64,000 bases of DNA from Macrostomum hystrix (lineage: Eukaryota > Animalia > Platyhelminthes): assembly GCA_950097015.1 (NCBI GenBank), contig CATNEN010000038.1, positions 2,170,001-2,234,000 on the forward strand, in the 5' to 3' direction. Each line of letters starts with the position of its first letter. Within the stretch, counting starts at the first letter, position 1. The translations under genes and the position numbers were made by a program. Shown here in pieces: positions 59,728 through 64,000 of the stretch. Under the pieces are notes generated by a model that had not been told where the DNA came from, ran no database searches, and was given only the letters and a program-made list of their open reading frames with translations.

Positions 59728-62700
59728 AAGGGGAGTGGTCGGTAGTCAGAGGGAGTGAGAGGGAGTGAGAGGGAGTGAGAGGGAGTCCGAGGGAGTGAAA
59801 GGGAGTAAGAGGGAGTGAGAGGGAGTGAGAGGGAGTGAGAGAGTGGGAGGGAGTGGTAGGTAGTCAGAGGGAGTGAGAGGGAGTGAGAGGGAGTGAGAGG
59901 GAGTCAGAGGGAGTGAGAAGGAGTGAGAGGGAGTGAGAGGGAGTGAGAAGGAGTGAAAGGGAGTAAGAGGGAGTGAGAGGGAGTGAGAGGGAGTGAGAGA
60001 GTGGGAGGGAGTGAGAGGGAGTGAGAGGGAGTGAGAGGGAGTGAGAAGGAGTGAGAGGGAGTGAGAGGGAGTGAGAAGGAGTGAGAGGGAGTGAGAGGGA
60101 GTGAGAGGGAGTGAGAAGGAGTGAAAGGGAGTAAGAGGGAGTGAGAGGAAGTGAAAGGGAGTAAGAGGGAGTGAGAGGGAGTGAGAGGGAGTGAGAGGGA
60201 GTGAGAGGGAGTGAGAGGGAGTGATAGGGAGTGAGAGGGAGTCAGAGGGAGTAAGAGGGAGTGAGAGGGAGTGAGAAGGAGTGAAAGGGAGTAAGAGGGA
60301 GTGAGAGGGAGTGAGAGGGAGTGAGAGAGTGGGAGGGAGTGAGAGGGAGTGAGAGGGAGTGAGAGGGAGTGAGAAGGAGTGAGAGGGAGTGAGAGGGAGT
60401 GAGAGGGAGTGAGAGGGAGTGAGAAGGAGTGAGAGGGAGTGAGAGGGAGTGAGAGGGAGTGAGAGGGAGTGAGAGGGAGTGAGAGGGAGTGAGAGAGTGG
60501 GAGGGAGTGAGAGGGAGTGAGAGGGAGTGAGAGGGAGTGAATGGGGATGAGAGGGAGTGAGAGGGAATGAGAGGGAGTGAGAGGGAGTGAGAGGGAGTGA
60601 GAGGGAGTGAGAGGGAGTCAGAGGGAGTGAGAGGGAGTGAGAAGGAGTGAAAGGGAGTGAGAAGGAGTGAAAGGGAGTAAGAGGGAGTGAGAGGGAGTAA
60701 GAGGGAGTGAAAGGGAGTGAGAAGGAGTGAAAGGGAGTAAGAGGGAGTGAGAGGGAGTGAGAAGGAGTGAAAGGGAGTAAGAGGGAGTGAGAGGGAGTGA
60801 GAGGGAGTGAGAGGGAGTGAGAGGGAGTCAGAGGGAGTGAGAGGGAGTGAGAAGGAGTGAAAGGGAGTGAGAAGGAGTGAAAGGGAGTAAGAGGGAGTGA
60901 GAGGGAGTAAGAGGGAGTGAGAGGGAGTAAGAGGGAGTGAGAGGGAGTGAGAAGGAGTGAAAGGGAGTAAGAGGGAGTGAGAGGGAGTGAGAGGGAGTGA
61001 GAGAGTGGGAGGGAGTGAGAGGGAGTGAGAGGGAGTGAGAGGGAGTAAGAGGGAGTGAGAGGGAGTGAGAGGGAGTGAGAGAGTGGGAGGGAGTGAGAGG
61101 GAGTGAGAGGGAGTGAGAGGGAGTGAGAAGGAGTGAGAGGGAGTGAGAGGGAGTGAGAGGGAGTGAGAGGGAGTGAGAGGGAGTGAGAGGGAGTGAGAGG
61201 GAGTGAGAGGGAGTGAGAGGGAGTGAGAGGGAGTGAGAGGGAGTGAGAGGAAGTGAAAGGGAGTAAGAGGGAGTGAGAGGGAGTGAGAGGGAGTGAGAGG
61301 GAGTGAGAGGGAGTGAGAGGAAGTGAGAGGGAGTGAGAGGGAGTCAGAGTGAGTGAGAGGGAGTGAGAAGGAGTGAAAGGGAGTAAGAGGGGGTGAGAAG
61401 GAGTGAGAGGGAGTGAGAGAGAGAGTGGGAGGGAGTGAGAAGTAGTGAGAGGGAGTGAGGGGGAGTGAGAGGGAGTGGGAGGGAGTGAGAGGGAGTGAGA
61501 GGGAGTGAGAGAGTGGGAGGGAGTGAGAGGGAGTGAGAGGGAGTGAATGGGGATGAGAGGGAGTGAAAGGGGATGAGAGGGAGTGAGAGGGAGTGAGAGA
61601 GAGTGGGAGGGAGTGAGAAGTAGTGAGAGGGAGTGAGGGGGAGTGAGAGGGAGTGGGAGGGAGTGAGAGGGAGTGAGAGGGAGTGAGAGGGAGTGAGAGG
61701 GAGTGAGAGGGAGTGAGAGGGAGTGAGAGGGAGTGAGAGGGAGTGAGAGGGATGAGAGGGAGTGAGAGGGAGTGAGAGGGAGTGAGAGGGAGTGAGAGGG
61801 AGTGAGAGGGAGTCAGAGTGAGTGAGAGGGAGTGAGAAGGAGTGAAAGGGAGTAAGAGGGAGTGAGAGGGAGTGAGAAAGAGTGAAAGGGAGTAAGAGGG
61901 GGTGAGAAGGAGTGAGAGGGAGTGAGAGAGAGTGTGGGAGGGAGGGAGAAGGAGTGAGAGGGAGTGAGAGGGAGTGAGAGGGAGTGAGAGAGTGGGAGGG
62001 AGTGAGAGAAAGTGAGAGGGAGTGAGAGGGAGTGAATGGGGATGAGAGGGAGTGAGAGGGACTGAGAGGGAGTGAGAGGGAGTGAGAGGGAGTGAGAGGG
62101 AGTGAGAGGGAGTGAGAGGGAGTGAGAGGGAGTGAGAGGGAGTGAGAGGGAGTGAGAGGGAGTGAGAGGGAGTCAGAGTGAGTGAGAGGGAGTGAGAAGG
62201 AGTGAAAGGGAGTAAGAGGGAGTGAGAGGGAGTGAGAAAGAGTGAAAGGGAGTAAGAGGGGGTGAGAAGGAGTGAGAGGGAGTGAGAGAGAGTGTGGGAG
62301 GGAGGGAGAAGGAGTGAGAGGGAGTGAGAGGGAGTGAGAGGGAGTGAGAGAGTGGGAGGGAGTGAGAGGGAGTGAGAGGGAGTGAATGGGGATGAGAGGG
62401 AGTGAGAGGGAATGAGAGGGAGTGAGAGGGAGTGAGAGGGAGTGAGAGGGAGTGAGAGGGAGTCAGAGGGAGTGAGAGGGAGTGAGAGAGTGGGAGGGAG
62501 TGAGAGGGGGTGAGAGGGAGTGAATGGGGATGAGAGGGAGTGAGAGGGAATGAGAGGGAGTGAGAGGGAGTGAGAGGGAGTGAGAGGGAGTGAGAGGGAG
62601 TGAGAGGGAGTAAGAGGAGGTGAGAAGGAGTGAGAGGGAGTGAGAGAGAGTGTGGGAGGGAGGGAGAAGGAGTGAGAGGGAGTGAGAGGGAGTGAGAGGG

Positions 62701-64000
62701 AGTGAGAGAGTGGGAGGGAGTGAGAGGGAGTGAATGGGGATGAGAGGGAGTGAGAGGGAATGAGAGGGAGTGAGAGGGAGTGAGAGGGAGTGAGAGGGAG
62801 TGAGAGGGAGTGAAAGGGAGTCAGAGGGAGTGAGAGGGAGTAAGAGGGAGTGAGAGGGAGTGAGAAGGAGTGAAAGGGAGTAAGAGGGAGTGAGAGGGAG
62901 TGAGAGGGAGTGAGAGGGAGTGAGAGGGAGTGAGAGGGAGTGAGAGGGAGTAAGAGGGAGTGAGAGGGAGTGAGAGGGAGTCAGAGTGAGTGAGAGGGAG
63001 TGAGAGGGAATGAGAGGGAGTGAGAGGGAGTGAGAGGGAGTGAGAAGGAGTGAAAGGGAGTAAGAGGGAGTGAGAGGGAGTGAGAGGGAGTGAGAGGGAG
63101 TGAGAGGAAGTGAAAGGGAGTGAGAGGGAGTGAGAGGGAGTGAGAGGGAGTGAGAGGGAGTGAGAGGGAGTGAGAGGGAGTCAGAGTGAGTGAGAGGGAG
63201 TAAGAGGGAGTAAGAGGGAGTGAGAGGGAGTGAGAGGGAGTGAGAGGGAGTGAGAGGGAGTGAGAGGGAGTGAGAGGGAGTGAGAGGGAGTCAGAGTGAG
63301 TGAGAGGGAGTGAGAAGGAGTGAAAGGGAGTAAGAGGGGGTGAGAAGGAGTGAGAGGGAGTGAGAGAGAGAGTGGGAGGGAGTGAGAAGTAGTGAGAGGG
63401 AGTGAGGGGGAGTGAGAGGGAGTGGGAGGGAGTGAGAGGGAGTGAGAGGGAGTGAGAGGGAGTGAGAGGGAGTGAGAGGGAGTGAGAGAGTGGGAGGGAG
63501 TGAGAGGGAGTGAGAGGGAGTGAATGGGGATGAGAGGGAGTGAAAGGGGATGAGAGGGAGTGAGAGGGAGTGAGAGGGAGTGAGAGGGAGTGAGAGGGAG
63601 TGAGAGGGAGTGAGAGGGAGTCAGAGGGAGTGAGAGGGAGTAAGATTGAGTGAGAGGGAGTGAGAAGGAGTGAAAGGGAGTAAGAGGGAGTAATAGGGAG
63701 TGAGAGGGAGTGAGAGGGAGTGAGAGGGAGTGAGAGGGAGTGAGAGGGAGTGAGAGGGAGTGAGAGGGAGTGAGAGGGAGTGAGAGGGAGTGAGAGGGAG
63801 TGAGAGGGAGTCAGAGTGAGTGAGAGGGAGTGAGAGGGAATGAGAGGGAGTGAGAGGGAGTGAGAGGGAGTGAGAAGGAGTGAAAGGGAGTAAGAGGGGA
63901 ATGGGGATGAGAGGGAGTGAGAGGGAATGAGAGGGAGTGAGAGGGAGTGAGAGGGAGTGAGAGGGAGTGAGAGGGAGTGAGAGGGAGTGAGAGGGAGTGA
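59728..64000. repeat. 10-bp purine-rich satellite (GAGAGGGAGT)n, >4.2 kb, runs off window end
   Basis: Direct inspection; recurring variant blocks (GAGAAGGAGTGAAAGGGAGTAA, GAATGGGGAT). Confidence 0.98.

Noticed and set aside
59728-64000. Telomere or subtelomere call
   Set aside because: The unit is GAGAGGGAGT, not TTAGGG, and nothing here shows a chromosome end.

Overview
Eukaryotic (animal) genomic DNA that is intron-rich and full of mini- and microsatellites. The repeat load, an intronic spliced-leader-like sequence and an ATG-less gene start all suggest a Macrostomum-type free-living flatworm (inference). About the first 35 kb is one + strand cAMP phosphodiesterase gene (PDE4/dunce-like; UCR1, UCR2 and catalytic exons at 24931-35016). 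It has at least four phase-compatible alternative 5' exons scattered between 5.7 and 20.6 kb, and most of its introns carry a different tandem array. Next come a GT32 (Gly_transf_sug) glycosyltransferase with a broken DxD motif (-), a GH35 beta-galactosidase (-), a divergent AT-rich spacer holding a Mutator-like MITE, a COX5B-like gene (+), a SAS-4/CENPJ gene (+), an unknown secreted Cys-rich protein (-), and a >4.2 kb (GAGAGGGAGT)n satellite running off the end. Best leads: (1) COX5B-SAS-4 looks like an operon in which SAS-4 has no genomic start codon and would get its AUG from a trans-spliced leader. (2) A degenerate spliced-leader-like copy sits in the last PDE4 intron. (3) Tandem arrays have multiplied real splice sites (18 copies of the PDE4 final acceptor; 3 copies of an alternative-exon donor), creating potential decoy/poison splice sites. 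Exon boundaries were deduced by eye from GT-AG and frame compatibility and need RNA-seq confirmation.
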